Shown: in pieces, positions 48,949-58,963 of the stretch
How the letters are laid out: each line of letters opens with the position of its first letter
How positions within the stretch are numbered: position 1 is the first letter of the stretch
Assembly (NCBI GenBank): GCA_965214775.1
Contig: OZ243974.1
Coordinates: 1,312,001-1,376,000, forward strand
Reading direction: 5' to 3'
DNA length: 64,000 nt
DNA from: Nitrosopumilus sp.
GTDB taxonomy: Archaea > Thermoproteota > Nitrososphaeria > Nitrososphaerales > Nitrosopumilaceae
Notes under the pieces: model-generated
What the model was told of the DNA's origin: nothing
Database searches by the model: none
Seen by the model: the letters and a program-made list of their open reading frames with translations, nothing else
Program-made: the position numbers and the translations under genes

Positions 48949-49716
48949 CTATACCTTCTTTGAATCTTTTAATAAATATTCGAAATATTGTCTTGCAAAA
49001 CCTGCCAATCCTGCATGATCTGCCCAGATTGCCACTACGTCTGATGAGTTTGCACTGCTAATTTCGGGGCCTAGCAGAATCACTACGTATCTTTTGTCCG
49101 AAATGATCCCCCCTCCAAACAACCCTTTTTTGATTTTAACAGTTGACACTCTTTTGATTGCCTTGATTGATTCTTTATCCATGTTATCTGACGTTAAAAT
49201 TGTAATTTCGACCCCTTTGTCGTGCAGTGATCGTAATTTTGGCAGTGCCTGTTTTACCAATTCCTCTCCTGCATCGGGCAACGCAATCATTACCTCGTTT
49301 CTGCAAGTCTCAACCATTTCCAAAATTTTTGCCGCAATGTTTATTGCGCCTGACAATACCCAAATATCCGGCTTTTCACTTGTACCACTTTTCTCGTACA
49401 GCGGCACCAGTTCGTTCAGAATGACGCTTTGATTTTGTAAAAAGTCACTTTCCATCTTCTGTTTTGTAGTCTCAATCCCAGTTGATGGAGACTTTGCAAA
49501 ATATTTTGTTGGCCTTGAATCATCCGAACCGATCCATCCCTTGTCCTCCAGGGTCCCTGACACCTCGTAAATTTTTGAATATGGGACTCCTGATTTCTGA
49601 CTGAGCTCTGAGGCCGTCAACTCTCCTGACTTTAGCAGGGCAGCAAACGTCCTGATCTCATAGCTGGTAAGGCCGATCTTTTCTAATGCCTTTCTGGTCT
49701 TGTCTGATATGCTCAT
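48949..49716 (-). CDS. TrmB-family transcriptional regulator
   Basis: LEKIGLTSYE, SGVPYSKIYEV...L..KGW and RP.KY motifs. Confidence 0.92.
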   Translation of the reverse strand: MSISDKTRKALEKIGLTSYEIRTFAALLKSGELTASELSQKSGVPYSKIYEVSGTLEDKGWIGSDDSRPTKYFAKSPSTGIETTKQKMESDFLQNQSVILNELVPLYEKSGTSEKPDIWVLSGAINIAAKILEMVETCRNEVMIALPDAGEELVKQALPKLRSLHDKGVEITILTSDNMDKESIKAIKRVSTVKIKKGLFGGGIISDKRYVVILLGPEISSANSSDVVAIWADHAGLAGFARQYFEYLLKDSKKV

Positions 49717-49835
49717 GCAATCTAGTCGATCGGTTTTGATATTTAAATCAGATATGTGCAGAAGATCCTAAATTCCACACGGGGGCAAGTATGAAATGCA
49801 TTATATAGTATTTCAGAAAGATACCAGATATAGGC

Positions 49836-51500
49836 ATGGCTCTGATTCAAATATCAAACCAATCAACTAAAAATTTAGGAAAAAAATCCACCATTAGATT
49901 CACCCAAAGTATCTGTCCGGACTGTAATATGATTCTGGATGCAGAAGTCTTTGAAAGAGATAACAAGGTCTTCATGTCCAAGGTATGCCCGACACACGGC
50001 CAGTGTGAAGAGCTGTACTTTGGCTCTTATGAGATGTATAAAAAATTCAGTACATACTGGATGGATGGCAAGGGCGCACACGCTCCAAACGTGATGATCG
50101 ACAAGTGCTCCTGTCCGAACAACTGCGGATTGTGTTCAAACCACCTGTCACACAGCGGACTTGCAAACATGATCGTAACTAACAGATGTGACTTGACATG
50201 CTGGTATTGTTTCTTCTATGTTAAGAAAGGACTTGAGGGCGCCTACATGTATGAGCCAGATCATACCCAGGTCAGGGCAATGATGAAGACACTAAGGGCA
50301 GAAAGACCAATTCCGGGAAACTCTATGCAGATTACCGGCGGTGAACCAATGCTCCGGGAAGATATTGCCGATGTAATCAAAATCATGAAGGAGGAGGGCG
50401 TTGATCATATCCAGATGAACACCAATGGAATCAGGCATGCAATGGATCCGGAGGCTGCCAGGGAAGTAAGGCTTGCCGGATGTAACAACTTGTATCTGTC
50501 GTTTGACGGCGTAACTGCAAGAACAAACCCAAAGAATCACTGGGAAATTCCGTATGCCCTTGACAGCTGCAGAAAGACCGGAACGACTGTCGTGTTTGTT
50601 CCAACCGTAATCAAGTCAATCAATGACCACGAACTAGGCGGAATTATCAGATATGCGCAAAAGAACATGGATGTTGTTCATGCCGTAAACTTCCAGCCGG
50701 TGTCTCTTACCGGAAGAATGGGCAAGTCTGAACGCGAAAAATACAGAATCACAATTCCTGATTGCATTCAAAGAATCGAAGAGCAGACAAACGGCGAAGT
50801 GACAGTTGATGACTGGTTCCCGGTTCCAAGCTGCATGCCTCTGACAAATGTAATTGAAGCGTTCTCAAGCAAGCCAAAATACGAGTTATCAATCCACTTT
50901 GCCTGTGGTGCAGGCACGTACATCTTTGAAGATGAGGAAACAAAAAGGTTTGTCCCGCTAACAAAATTCTGCGACATTCAAGGAATGCTGGAACTCTTTG
51001 AAGACAAGGCAGAAGAGATCCGTTCTGGCAAAAACAAGTACTTTACAATGCTTGAAGTTGTAAGAAAGCTAAAGGGATTTGTCGATTCCAAGAAACAGCC
51101 GGCAGGACTAGACCTTGCAAAGATGTTTGGAAACATCCTGATGAAGAGATCATTTGATTCGGTCGGTTCCTGGCATGTCAAGGGACTGTTCCTTGGCATG
51201 ATGCACTTTCAAGACAAATACAACGAGGACCTTGAGAGACTGCAAAGATGTGACATCCACTACCTGACCCCCGATCTCAGGATCGTTCCATTCTGTGCAT
51301 TCAACGTGATTCCAGAATGGTACAGAGACAGAATCCAAAAAAAGTATTCCATCACAGTTGAGGAATGGGAAGAAAGAGAGGGAGTAAAGCTCGAAGATGG
51401 CCTGTACCGGGGTCTTATGAGGCGCGGGGCAGGCGACGATCTTGCAGCAGGGTGTGCAAAGAGCGAAATGTTCCACCAGGTAGCCCAAGCCACCACGTAG
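49836..51500 (+). CDS. tes: Tetraether (GDGT) lipid synthase, radical SAM
   Basis: TQSICPDC..CPTHG, CPNNCGLC..H, TNRCDLTCWYCF, TGGEP and C-terminal RCDIHY...RIVPFC match the MJ0619/Tes family architecture. Confidence 0.88.
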   Translation: MALIQISNQSTKNLGKKSTIRFTQSICPDCNMILDAEVFERDNKVFMSKVCPTHGQCEELYFGSYEMYKKFSTYWMDGKGAHAPNVMIDKCSCPNNCGLCSNHLSHSGLANMIVTNRCDLTCWYCFFYVKKGLEGAYMYEPDHTQVRAMMKTLRAERPIPGNSMQITGGEPMLREDIADVIKIMKEEGVDHIQMNTNGIRHAMDPEAAREVRLAGCNNLYLSFDGVTARTNPKNHWEIPYALDSCRKTGTTVVFVPTVIKSINDHELGGIIRYAQKNMDVVHAVNFQPVSLTGRMGKSEREKYRITIPDCIQRIEEQTNGEVTVDDWFPVPSCMPLTNVIEAFSSKPKYELSIHFACGAGTYIFEDEETKRFVPLTKFCDIQGMLELFEDKAEEIRSGKNKYFTMLEVVRKLKGFVDSKKQPAGLDLAKMFGNILMKRSFDSVGSWHVKGLFLGMMHFQDKYNEDLERLQRCDIHYLTPDLRIVPFCAFNVIPEWYRDRIQKKYSITVEEWEEREGVKLEDGLYRGLMRRGAGDDLAAGCAKSEMFHQVAQATT

Positions 51501-51551
51501 ACCCACCGTATTGTCCAAGACCTTTTAAGGTTCAAACCAAACTTTTCGATA

Positions 51552-52625
51552 TTGAATATTGGAATCGTTCATGGGTTTGTAGGCGGGGGCGGCGGCACTG
51601 AAAAAACACTGTTACAAATCATTCAAAGTTTAAAGGAAAATCATCACGTGACATTATACACTTTTTCAAAACCCACGATAACCATTGACGGCATAACCGT
51701 CAAAAGCAAACTGCCATTTAAAATGCCAACACTGGGCCTGTATCAGCGATCATCCGAATCAAAGTTGCTTGATTCTGCCAAACACAATGACATCATAATT
51801 CAGGCATCGGGAGGAATAACCATACCTGAGAACACCTCTCAAAAAATCGTTGTATACTGTCACGGCGATCTCCAGGATGAATCGTCCAAAACCAGTTCCA
51901 AATACAAAGGAATCTGGAAGTTCTATCATACACCGTATGAAAAGTCCGCCAAAAAATCACTTGAAAACATCGCCTGCAGAAACGTAAACCTGATCTCAAA
52001 TTCACATTTTGTCCGGTCCTCGATTCTCAACAACCTCAAAAAGGATTCTGTCGTCATCTACCCGCCTGTTGACATTGCTAGCTTTGGCCCAGACTCGAAA
52101 AAATCCAATGACATCATTACTGTATCCCGCTACTCTCCGGAAAAAAACCTTGATTTTGCCTTGGACACCATCGCGCCTACCGGCCACAGTTACACTGTGA
52201 TTGGCAACACCAAAACTAAATCCAACGTTCTGTATTTCAGGCATTTGAATTCCAAATCCAGGAAAAACAACAATATAATTTTGGAAAAGAATATTCTGCG
52301 CAGGACACTTGTTGAAAAACTAAACGGATCAAGAGTTTATTTTCATGCTTGCGAAGAAACGTTTGGAATTGCCGTCGTTGAGGGTATTGCTGCAGGCTGT
52401 GTTCCGGTCGTACCTGATAACGGCGCACACAAAGAAACCGTTCCGGTTGATGACTTGAGATACGTTCCCGACGACTCCCGGGATGCCGCAGCAAAAATCC
52501 AAAGGGCCCTGTCCGGAGAATTTGATCATCACATGCCAAGATTACAAGAAAACATCCTGAAGTACAGCGAGGCTAATTTTCGCAGATCATTTCGAAATTT
52601 TGTCGAAAACCTGGCTAGTACGTAG
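51552..52625 (+). CDS. GT4 glycosyltransferase
   Basis: GGGGGTE, VIYPPVD, SRYSPEKN and ETFGIAVVEG.AAG motifs. Confidence 0.9.
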   Translation: MNIGIVHGFVGGGGGTEKTLLQIIQSLKENHHVTLYTFSKPTITIDGITVKSKLPFKMPTLGLYQRSSESKLLDSAKHNDIIIQASGGITIPENTSQKIVVYCHGDLQDESSKTSSKYKGIWKFYHTPYEKSAKKSLENIACRNVNLISNSHFVRSSILNNLKKDSVVIYPPVDIASFGPDSKKSNDIITVSRYSPEKNLDFALDTIAPTGHSYTVIGNTKTKSNVLYFRHLNSKSRKNNNIILEKNILRRTLVEKLNGSRVYFHACEETFGIAVVEGIAAGCVPVVPDNGAHKETVPVDDLRYVPDDSRDAAAKIQRALSGEFDHHMPRLQENILKYSEANFRRSFRNFVENLAST

Positions 52626-53340
52626 AAATCCTGTATTTCTTCCACCGTTTTGTGCCCAGGCTCATATCCATGGTGAGCTTTGGCCCCGAGTAATCCTTGA
52701 TGGTCATCGGTTCAACGTCCGGAGTCGTGATTCTTGCTAGTTCAAACATTGACATTTTTTTGTCTCCTACTATGTGTACGGTTCCTTGAATGTTTTCCTT
52801 TTGCACGTCTTCTATTCCTCCTGCAACCCCGTCTGCAAACAGGTATGTGCCATATCTGTCAGTGAATGCTTTGGGATACTCCCATTTTCTTTTTGCAGCA
52901 AAATTGGTTCTGATGATCAGGTGTCTTGGCAGCCTTTTGACCTCGTGTTCTCCTACGAGTTTTGTCAGTGCGTAAAAATTTTCAGGATACGGAATAGAGT
53001 CCTCGTTATACATACCCGTGTGTCCGTCAAACACACATGCTGTACTGACATAGCAAAACTGAATCTCATTATCTGATTCCAATGCCGCGTCAACCAGGTT
53101 TCTTGTGCCTTCTACATTGGTTCTCCACGTTAATGGTTGGTTTTTTTCACATTGACGTATTCCAACTAATGCTCCTCCGTGAATAACTACGCTGATATCT
53201 GAATGCTGTCTAAAATAATCTAATACTGCCTCTCTGCATCCTATGTCTAATTCGTTATGTGTGGGTAGCAATGCAGCCGGATATCTTTTTCGTAACTGTG
53301 TACCTAACGCACCTGATCCTCCTGTAATTAATACCGTCAT
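52615..53340 (-). CDS. dTDP-4-dehydrorhamnose reductase-like SDR (RmlD-like)
   Basis: ITGGSGALG, VSTACVFDG, P.NFYALTKLVGE and IIRT motifs. Confidence 0.85.
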   Translation of the reverse strand: MTVLITGGSGALGTQLRKRYPAALLPTHNELDIGCREAVLDYFRQHSDISVVIHGGALVGIRQCEKNQPLTWRTNVEGTRNLVDAALESDNEIQFCYVSTACVFDGHTGMYNEDSIPYPENFYALTKLVGEHEVKRLPRHLIIRTNFAAKRKWEYPKAFTDRYGTYLFADGVAGGIEDVQKENIQGTVHIVGDKKMSMFELARITTPDVEPMTIKDYSGPKLTMDMSLGTKRWKKYRISTY

Positions 53341-53341
53341 G

Positions 53342-54334
53342 CTATTTTTTAAAAATTGGACCCTGCGTGTAAACCTTTCTTTGAATTGATTTTGAATTGA
53401 AAAATGACTTGTAATTGCTGTACTTGTTTTGCCTGTAATTTTTTACGTCATCTAAAATTTTTGTCTTGAATTCTCTTGCTGCAAATTTGATGTCTTTTTT
53501 TGCATGAAATCCGAATTTCTTTATTTTGGCACCTGATACCCTGTAGTCCCGTTTGTCTACGATATCCCTTGACAAGTCAATTTTTGCCGGCACGGCTTTT
53601 GTCACCTCTTTTGCCGTTTGATTTATTGTCAGATTTTTCCAAACTATGTTGTAAACTCCTTCCATGTTCCTGTCTACAACGAAACTGAATGCTTCTGCCG
53701 CGTCTTCCACGTGCAAAAACGGCCTCCATTGGTTGCCTCCAAACACCGTCAGCTTCTCTTTGTTGATTGCCTGTGCCAAGAACAGGTTTATGGCCAAATC
53801 AAACCTCATTCGGTTTGAAGCTCCAAACAACGTTCCTAAACGCAGTATGGTTGGATAATCATATGCCTGTAAGATGGCCCTCTCTGATTGAAATTTTGAC
53901 TGTCCATACGAATCCAGCGGATTAACCTCAAAATTCTCAGAAATCAGCTTGCTAGGCTGCGCACCATACACAGAACACGTACTTGCAAAAACAAGTTGCT
54001 TTACTTTGTATAACTTGCATAGATCTGCCAAATTTCTTGTTGCCAGATAGTTAATCTCCATTGAAGCTTTTGGGTCCAGTTCTGATGACTGCGTTCCTAC
54101 AATTGATGCCAAATGAATTACGGTGTCTGTTCCCTTGAGGGATTTGCTGACTGTTCCCAAATCCCTGATGTCTCCCTCAACCAATTCCAGCCTTTTGTTT
54201 TTTGAAATTTCTGATATTGATTCTCTTCCGAACAGAAAGTTGTCCAAGACTCTTACATCGTATCCCTTTTGCAGTAATTTTGATGTTAGTAGGGATCCTA
54301 GATATCCTGATCCTCCCGTTAACAATACCTTCAT
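53342..54334 (-). CDS. NAD-dependent nucleotide-sugar epimerase/dehydratase
   Basis: TGGSGYLG, ASTCSVYG, YGQSK and RLGTLFG.S.RMRFDL motifs. Confidence 0.9.
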   Translation of the reverse strand: MKVLLTGGSGYLGSLLTSKLLQKGYDVRVLDNFLFGRESISEISKNKRLELVEGDIRDLGTVSKSLKGTDTVIHLASIVGTQSSELDPKASMEINYLATRNLADLCKLYKVKQLVFASTCSVYGAQPSKLISENFEVNPLDSYGQSKFQSERAILQAYDYPTILRLGTLFGASNRMRFDLAINLFLAQAINKEKLTVFGGNQWRPFLHVEDAAEAFSFVVDRNMEGVYNIVWKNLTINQTAKEVTKAVPAKIDLSRDIVDKRDYRVSGAKIKKFGFHAKKDIKFAAREFKTKILDDVKNYRQNKYSNYKSFFNSKSIQRKVYTQGPIFKK

Positions 54335-54777
54335 CTGTCTTTTACCTTCCAGACATCACCATAAGCATACGGATCTAGCCTTTCGTCATCCGGATTGTTT
54401 TGATCAAACGGCTCACTTGAAATTCCCAACACCACCGTATCCTCGTTTAATGACATCCATCCCGTATAGACTCCTGTTGGAATTATCAGTACAGACGGAC
54501 TCAGATCTGAAAGCACAAATGTGTTGATTTCCTTGAATGTAGAACTGTCTTTTCTGTCATCCACTGCAACAAACTTTGCCGCCCCGCTAGGGACAAAAAA
54601 TGCCTTTCTCTCGCGGGAATGCTTGTGAAATCCCCTGATCACCCCTTTTGAGAAATTTCCGGTCGTGTAGATCCTCCTTATTTCAAAGGCTTTTTGGCCT
54701 TCGGGCAATATCTGTGAAAGAAACCCCCTGTCATCTATGAAAGACCGTACCTTATTTTGAGTTACCCCCTCAATCAA
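54331..54777 (-). CDS. RmlC-like cupin (sugar 3,5-epimerase/isomerase)
   Basis: F.DDRG, GVIRGFH.H and LIIP.GV motifs. Confidence 0.85.
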   Translation of the reverse strand: MIEGVTQNKVRSFIDDRGFLSQILPEGQKAFEIRRIYTTGNFSKGVIRGFHKHSRERKAFFVPSGAAKFVAVDDRKDSSTFKEINTFVLSDLSPSVLIIPTGVYTGWMSLNEDTVVLGISSEPFDQNNPDDERLDPYAYGDVWKVKDR

Positions 54778-54816
54778 ATTGTTCTTATTTCTGATGTTTG
54801 ACTAATAACTCTAACC

Positions 54817-56013
54817 CTAAAAAACTTCGTCGGGAATGGTTTTGTTTTTCCATCTGCTTTGATACGGGCTTGTTGAATGATTTGATTCTGTTTTGGGGTG
54901 GTTCCACCATACTTTTTCTGAACATACCTCCTTGTCTAGTTTCTGCAAGACCTTGATCATTTGTTTTGAAAAATCAGGCTTGCCGTATGGATTCTTCCAG
55001 TTGGTTTCTCTGTTGATCATTTTATCTACTGCGTCTATGATGTGTTTTTTGTTTAGCCCTGCCACTATGTTGGATCCAGTTTCCACGGTTTCAGGCCGTT
55101 CGGTACTTATTCTCATCGTTACACATGGGATATGAAAAATACAGGAATCTTCCTGTACTGTGCCTGAATCCGTAATGCAGCAAAATGCATTTTTTTCCAA
55201 CTTGGAAAATTCCAGAAATCCCACCGGATCTAGCAGCCTTATTCCCTTTGAAACTGACAGGTTGTGCCTTTTTACTGATGTGCGTGTTCTGGGATGAATG
55301 GGAAAGATTATCGGCTTGCCATATTTTTTATAAACCGCTTCCAGTGCTTTGAAAATGTTTGAGAGCGGTTTTTTAATCTCTACATTCTCTGGCCTGTGTG
55401 CCGTAACTAAGACGTATCCTCTTTTCTCAACATCCAATTCATCTAATATTTTGTTATCGTCAATTTCTTTTTTGAAATTATTCAGGACCTCAAATACCGG
55501 CTTGCCTGTATGAAATATCCTGTGTTCTGGGATTCCTTCACTTAGAAGGTTTGTCTTCGTGCCTTTGGTTGGCGTAAAAAGGTAATCCGAAACACTGTCT
55601 ATTAGTCTGCGATTTTTCTCTTCAGGCATTCTCCAGTCGAAACTTCTCATTCCAGCCTCTAAATGAGCAACCCTTATCCCCATTTTTGATGCCACGATGC
55701 CGGCTAGTGCCGGATTTGCGTCTGAAAATGAAAAAACCAAGTCCGGCTTCTCTTTTAAAAGCACCTTTTCAAATTTCTGAACCAGTTTTCCTAGCTGCTG
55801 TGACTGTGTTCCTGATCCGATTTTTAAATGATAATCGGGCCTTCTTGGAAATTTTAACTGTTCAAAAAATAATTCGTCAAAGAAATATGAATAATGCTGG
55901 CCTGTGTGTACTATTTTAAAATCAATCTTTTTTTGAATCAGTTGCCTTACCAGCGGCTGATAGTTGATAATGTCTGGCCTAATGCCCAATACGATTAGAT
56001 ATTTTGCCTTCAA
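54817..56013 (-). CDS. wecB: UDP-N-acetylglucosamine 2-epimerase (non-hydrolysing)
   Basis: GIRPD, HTGQHY, HLEAGMRSFD.RMPEE.NR, TAHRPEN, TDSG.VQE and TERPE motifs. Confidence 0.92.
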   Translation of the reverse strand: MKAKYLIVLGIRPDIINYQPLVRQLIQKKIDFKIVHTGQHYSYFFDELFFEQLKFPRRPDYHLKIGSGTQSQQLGKLVQKFEKVLLKEKPDLVFSFSDANPALAGIVASKMGIRVAHLEAGMRSFDWRMPEEKNRRLIDSVSDYLFTPTKGTKTNLLSEGIPEHRIFHTGKPVFEVLNNFKKEIDDNKILDELDVEKRGYVLVTAHRPENVEIKKPLSNIFKALEAVYKKYGKPIIFPIHPRTRTSVKRHNLSVSKGIRLLDPVGFLEFSKLEKNAFCCITDSGTVQEDSCIFHIPCVTMRISTERPETVETGSNIVAGLNKKHIIDAVDKMINRETNWKNPYGKPDFSKQMIKVLQKLDKEVCSEKVWWNHPKTESNHSTSPYQSRWKNKTIPDEVF

Positions 56014-56076
56014 TCTGTGGTGTTTCCAATGATGTTTCCATATATCTTTTGATTAGGAAGATAAATTTACCTTCAA

Positions 56077-57579
56077 ATGTTGTCAAAATCATTGGGATTA
56101 AAAAAGCTTGCAAAAAAAGGACTGAGCATCTACAAGGATTTGCGTTCCGTTGACATCTCTGATGTTTCTGCAGCTGATGACCAAAAGCCTGTAAAATTAG
56201 TCGGCTTTGTCAAATGTTTCAACGAGGGAAGCAACGGAAACTTGGAACGCTGTCTGAGACATTTGTCATGCTTTTGTGATGACATTGCTTTTTGTGACGA
56301 CAGCTCCAGCGACAACAGCTTGGATATTGCCAAGTCATTCACTGAGAACATCATTCAGTTACCAGATGAATTTACAAAGGAACTTGAGCATAAACAAAAG
56401 CTACTTGATCTGACTCTGGCACTAGATCCTGACTGGATAGTGTTTTTGGATCCTGATGAGATTTTTGATAGAAATGGGGAGCTGGGAGGCATCAGAAAGC
56501 TGTGCAGCTATGGCGACAGGCACGGCTTCGATTCCTTCTCGTTTAGGTATCATAATTTGTGGAAAAATCAGGGACAGTACCGGGTAGACGAACTTTGGTT
56601 CAAAAACTGGCAGCCAAAACTATGGAAAAATACCGGCAACTTGCGGTTTGATGTGCGTGACGGGCTGCACTTGCGGCTATACCCGTTGGGACTAGACAAC
56701 GACAGGCGTACTGATATCAAACTCATTCATTACGGTTTTTCAGATGAGGCCAGAGTCAGTAAAAAATATGATAATTACAGAAAGCACGGGCAAACCGGGT
56801 ATGCGCTATCTAGAATTAAGGACGAGACAACGTTATTCCTGAAAGATTTTACACGAGACTGGCTTCCTCCGTCCACATTTAAGATATCTGTGATCTGTCT
56901 GATTTACAAATCCATCGACTATGCAAACTTTGTTTTTAACTCGTTTTCAAAATATACCGATAATCCGAACAACAATGTTGACTTTCACTTCATTGCAAAC
57001 GATCCCACCGACAAGCTGGAAGATTACCTGAAAACCTCTAAGATGAATTATAAATTATTTTGTAATGATGACCCTGACGAATACTACTTGAAGCGTGTTT
57101 ATCGAGCTTGGAATTACGGCGGAATGAATGCCGAGGGCGACGTTATCGTTTTTGTAAATTCTGACATGGCCTTTTCTCCGCACTGGCTGGAGAATCTCAT
57201 TAAGAACTTGAACAAAACCACTATTGTCACCTCCAGACTTGTCGAATCGGGAAAGCTACGTTCCGGCAGGCATGGCATCGAAAAAAACTTTGGAACGTCT
57301 CATGATGATTTTGATGACAAAGGATTTCAAAAATTTGCTAAAACAATCTCAAGGGATGAGTGCAAAGACGGTGGGCTTTTCATGCCCTGTGCCATGTACA
57401 GGGATGTTTTTACAAAAAGTGGGGGCTATCCTATTGGCAATCGTACTGAAAAAAACGGCAACATCACGCCCGGAGACAAGATTTTCTTTTATGAGAATCT
57501 CAAATCGATGAACATCCGACACGTTACGGCCTTTGACAGCATTGTATATCATGTTCAGGAGGGCGAAATGGACTCTTGA
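56077..57579 (+). CDS. Tandem two-domain GT2-like glycosyltransferase
   Basis: Domain 1 has NE...LERCL, DDSSSDNS, LDPDE and HYG. Domain 2 has RAWNYG...GDVIVFVNSD and SIVYH.QEGE. Confidence 0.8.
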   Translation: MLSKSLGLKKLAKKGLSIYKDLRSVDISDVSAADDQKPVKLVGFVKCFNEGSNGNLERCLRHLSCFCDDIAFCDDSSSDNSLDIAKSFTENIIQLPDEFTKELEHKQKLLDLTLALDPDWIVFLDPDEIFDRNGELGGIRKLCSYGDRHGFDSFSFRYHNLWKNQGQYRVDELWFKNWQPKLWKNTGNLRFDVRDGLHLRLYPLGLDNDRRTDIKLIHYGFSDEARVSKKYDNYRKHGQTGYALSRIKDETTLFLKDFTRDWLPPSTFKISVICLIYKSIDYANFVFNSFSKYTDNPNNNVDFHFIANDPTDKLEDYLKTSKMNYKLFCNDDPDEYYLKRVYRAWNYGGMNAEGDVIVFVNSDMAFSPHWLENLIKNLNKTTIVTSRLVESGKLRSGRHGIEKNFGTSHDDFDDKGFQKFAKTISRDECKDGGLFMPCAMYRDVFTKSGGYPIGNRTEKNGNITPGDKIFFYENLKSMNIRHVTAFDSIVYHVQEGEMDS

Positions 57580-57648
57580 ACGCATATGCCGTAAAACGAA
57601 TGCTCTATAATCCTGTGTCCTTTGCAGCTTTTCTGAAAACTCGAAATA

Positions 57649-57733
57649 TGTCTTATGCGGAAATTAGGTTTATCCTGATATTTTGAGAAAAACCAAGGAA
57701 CGCTTTGCACTTTACCGATCAAGAAAAACGATG
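57649..57733 (+). mobile_element. IS481 left-end remnant
   Basis: Starts with TGT (tgtcttatgcggaaattagg). ctttaccgatcaagaaaa.cgatg at 57710-57733 matches 37591-37614. Confidence 0.75.
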
Positions 57734-57806
57734 AAAAACCTGAAAACGACATGTTTGCCCAGATTCCAGCATTCCTCTACGACATTGAGGTACGGCGATC
57801 CCCTAG

Positions 57807-58652
57807 CTACTGCCAGTCGAATCTCTGGCCGACCAGATCGAACAGCCTCTCGTTGTGCGGCCTGAAGAACCGCTCGAGTTCTGCGCGGATGTGGTTTGGG
57901 AGCTTCTGAGGATAGGCCAAATGGTTACGTGGCGCAAGGTCGTATTTGCCACGTTGCGATATGCCAAGAAAGTTACAGGTCCTTTTCAGGGTCTTTTCTG
58001 GGGACGCCGACAGCTCGTTAAAGTCCAGTATCAGGATGTTTTTTCTCTCAAATTCCTCAAAGTACGGTGCGAGCAGATCCGCGTATATGCTCTGTTTTTT
58101 GTACTGTAGATGGGGCGGCGGCGAATGTACTCGATCCTCCTCCCTTAAGGCCTGTTCTAGGCTGCGGTTCTCAGTCTTAAGGTGGTTTGCCATGCCGTTA
58201 TAGTGTGCAAATGTCCTGTCCACAGGATTGCGCAGGATCGCAATTATCTTTACGCCTGGGACGTCCCGCCTGATGTCGGAGGCCAGGGCCGCGTATCTCA
58301 TGTAGGATACGGAGGCCTCACCCGTTATCTTGCCGCGACATTCAGATTCAAGCGGAAAGTTGCCCCTGTACCAAGTCAGGCCAAATCTGTAATAGTTGCT
58401 CCAGAAATTGACCTCTTTTCTCAGCGCGGGCAATATGTGCTCATGCTGGATAAGATACTCATACAGCGAGGTGGTGCCGGATCTGTGGGCACCTATGATG
58501 ATAAAGTCTGGCAGCTTCCGTTTTTTTGCAGTCAGCCCACGTCGGATGTAGGCTAGCGTAGGCCTAATATTCTCGCCGTTCCTGTGGTATGCCCAGTAAC
58601 GTGGGAATGCCCTTGCCACAATTTTTTTAGGCAGTAAGATGCGAACTTTCAC
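57807..58652 (-). CDS. Sulfotransferase (PAPS-dependent; heparan sulfate sulfotransferase-like domain)
   Basis: PDFIIIGAHRSGTTSL (5'-PSB), KEVNF, GEAS.SY, ILRNPVDR..AHY (3'-PB) and FF.PHN..L motifs. Confidence 0.92.
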   Translation of the reverse strand: MKVRILLPKKIVARAFPRYWAYHRNGENIRPTLAYIRRGLTAKKRKLPDFIIIGAHRSGTTSLYEYLIQHEHILPALRKEVNFWSNYYRFGLTWYRGNFPLESECRGKITGEASVSYMRYAALASDIRRDVPGVKIIAILRNPVDRTFAHYNGMANHLKTENRSLEQALREEDRVHSPPPHLQYKKQSIYADLLAPYFEEFERKNILILDFNELSASPEKTLKRTCNFLGISQRGKYDLAPRNHLAYPQKLPNHIRAELERFFRPHNERLFDLVGQRFDWQ

Positions 58653-58709
58653 AGTGTGGTGCGATACTGCCCGTTATTTTTTTCTATCTCTCCGTGTCCA
58701 CGTGTTATG

Positions 58710-58750
58710 GGGGTTGTCGCCTAATTCATCAGAATTTCTGAAAATCATAC
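58710..58750. mobile_element. Truncated MITE family B end
   Basis: ggggttgtcgcctaattcatcagaatttctgaaaa matches the start of 38886. Confidence 0.75.
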
Positions 58751-58766
58751 GATGTTATCCGGACTA

Positions 58767-58873
58767 TACTGATGACCATTGAAAATTTCGCCTCCCTTAC
58801 ACGCTGCGCCCAAGATACTTGTAGATGTCAACCTTATGAAACACGTCCTGAAATAATGCTCTGAGAGTCAGTA
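58767..58873. mobile_element. IS630-derived miniature element / right-end remnant
   Basis: The first ~90 bp match 62565-62655. It begins ta|tactga and ends tcagta. Confidence 0.7.
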
Positions 58874-58963
58874 CAGTCGAAATAATTTCGGCACAATACA
58901 TATAATCACTGATCATGATGAATTTAAGCCACTTGTTCTCAATATGGTTGGACGCCACAAATA

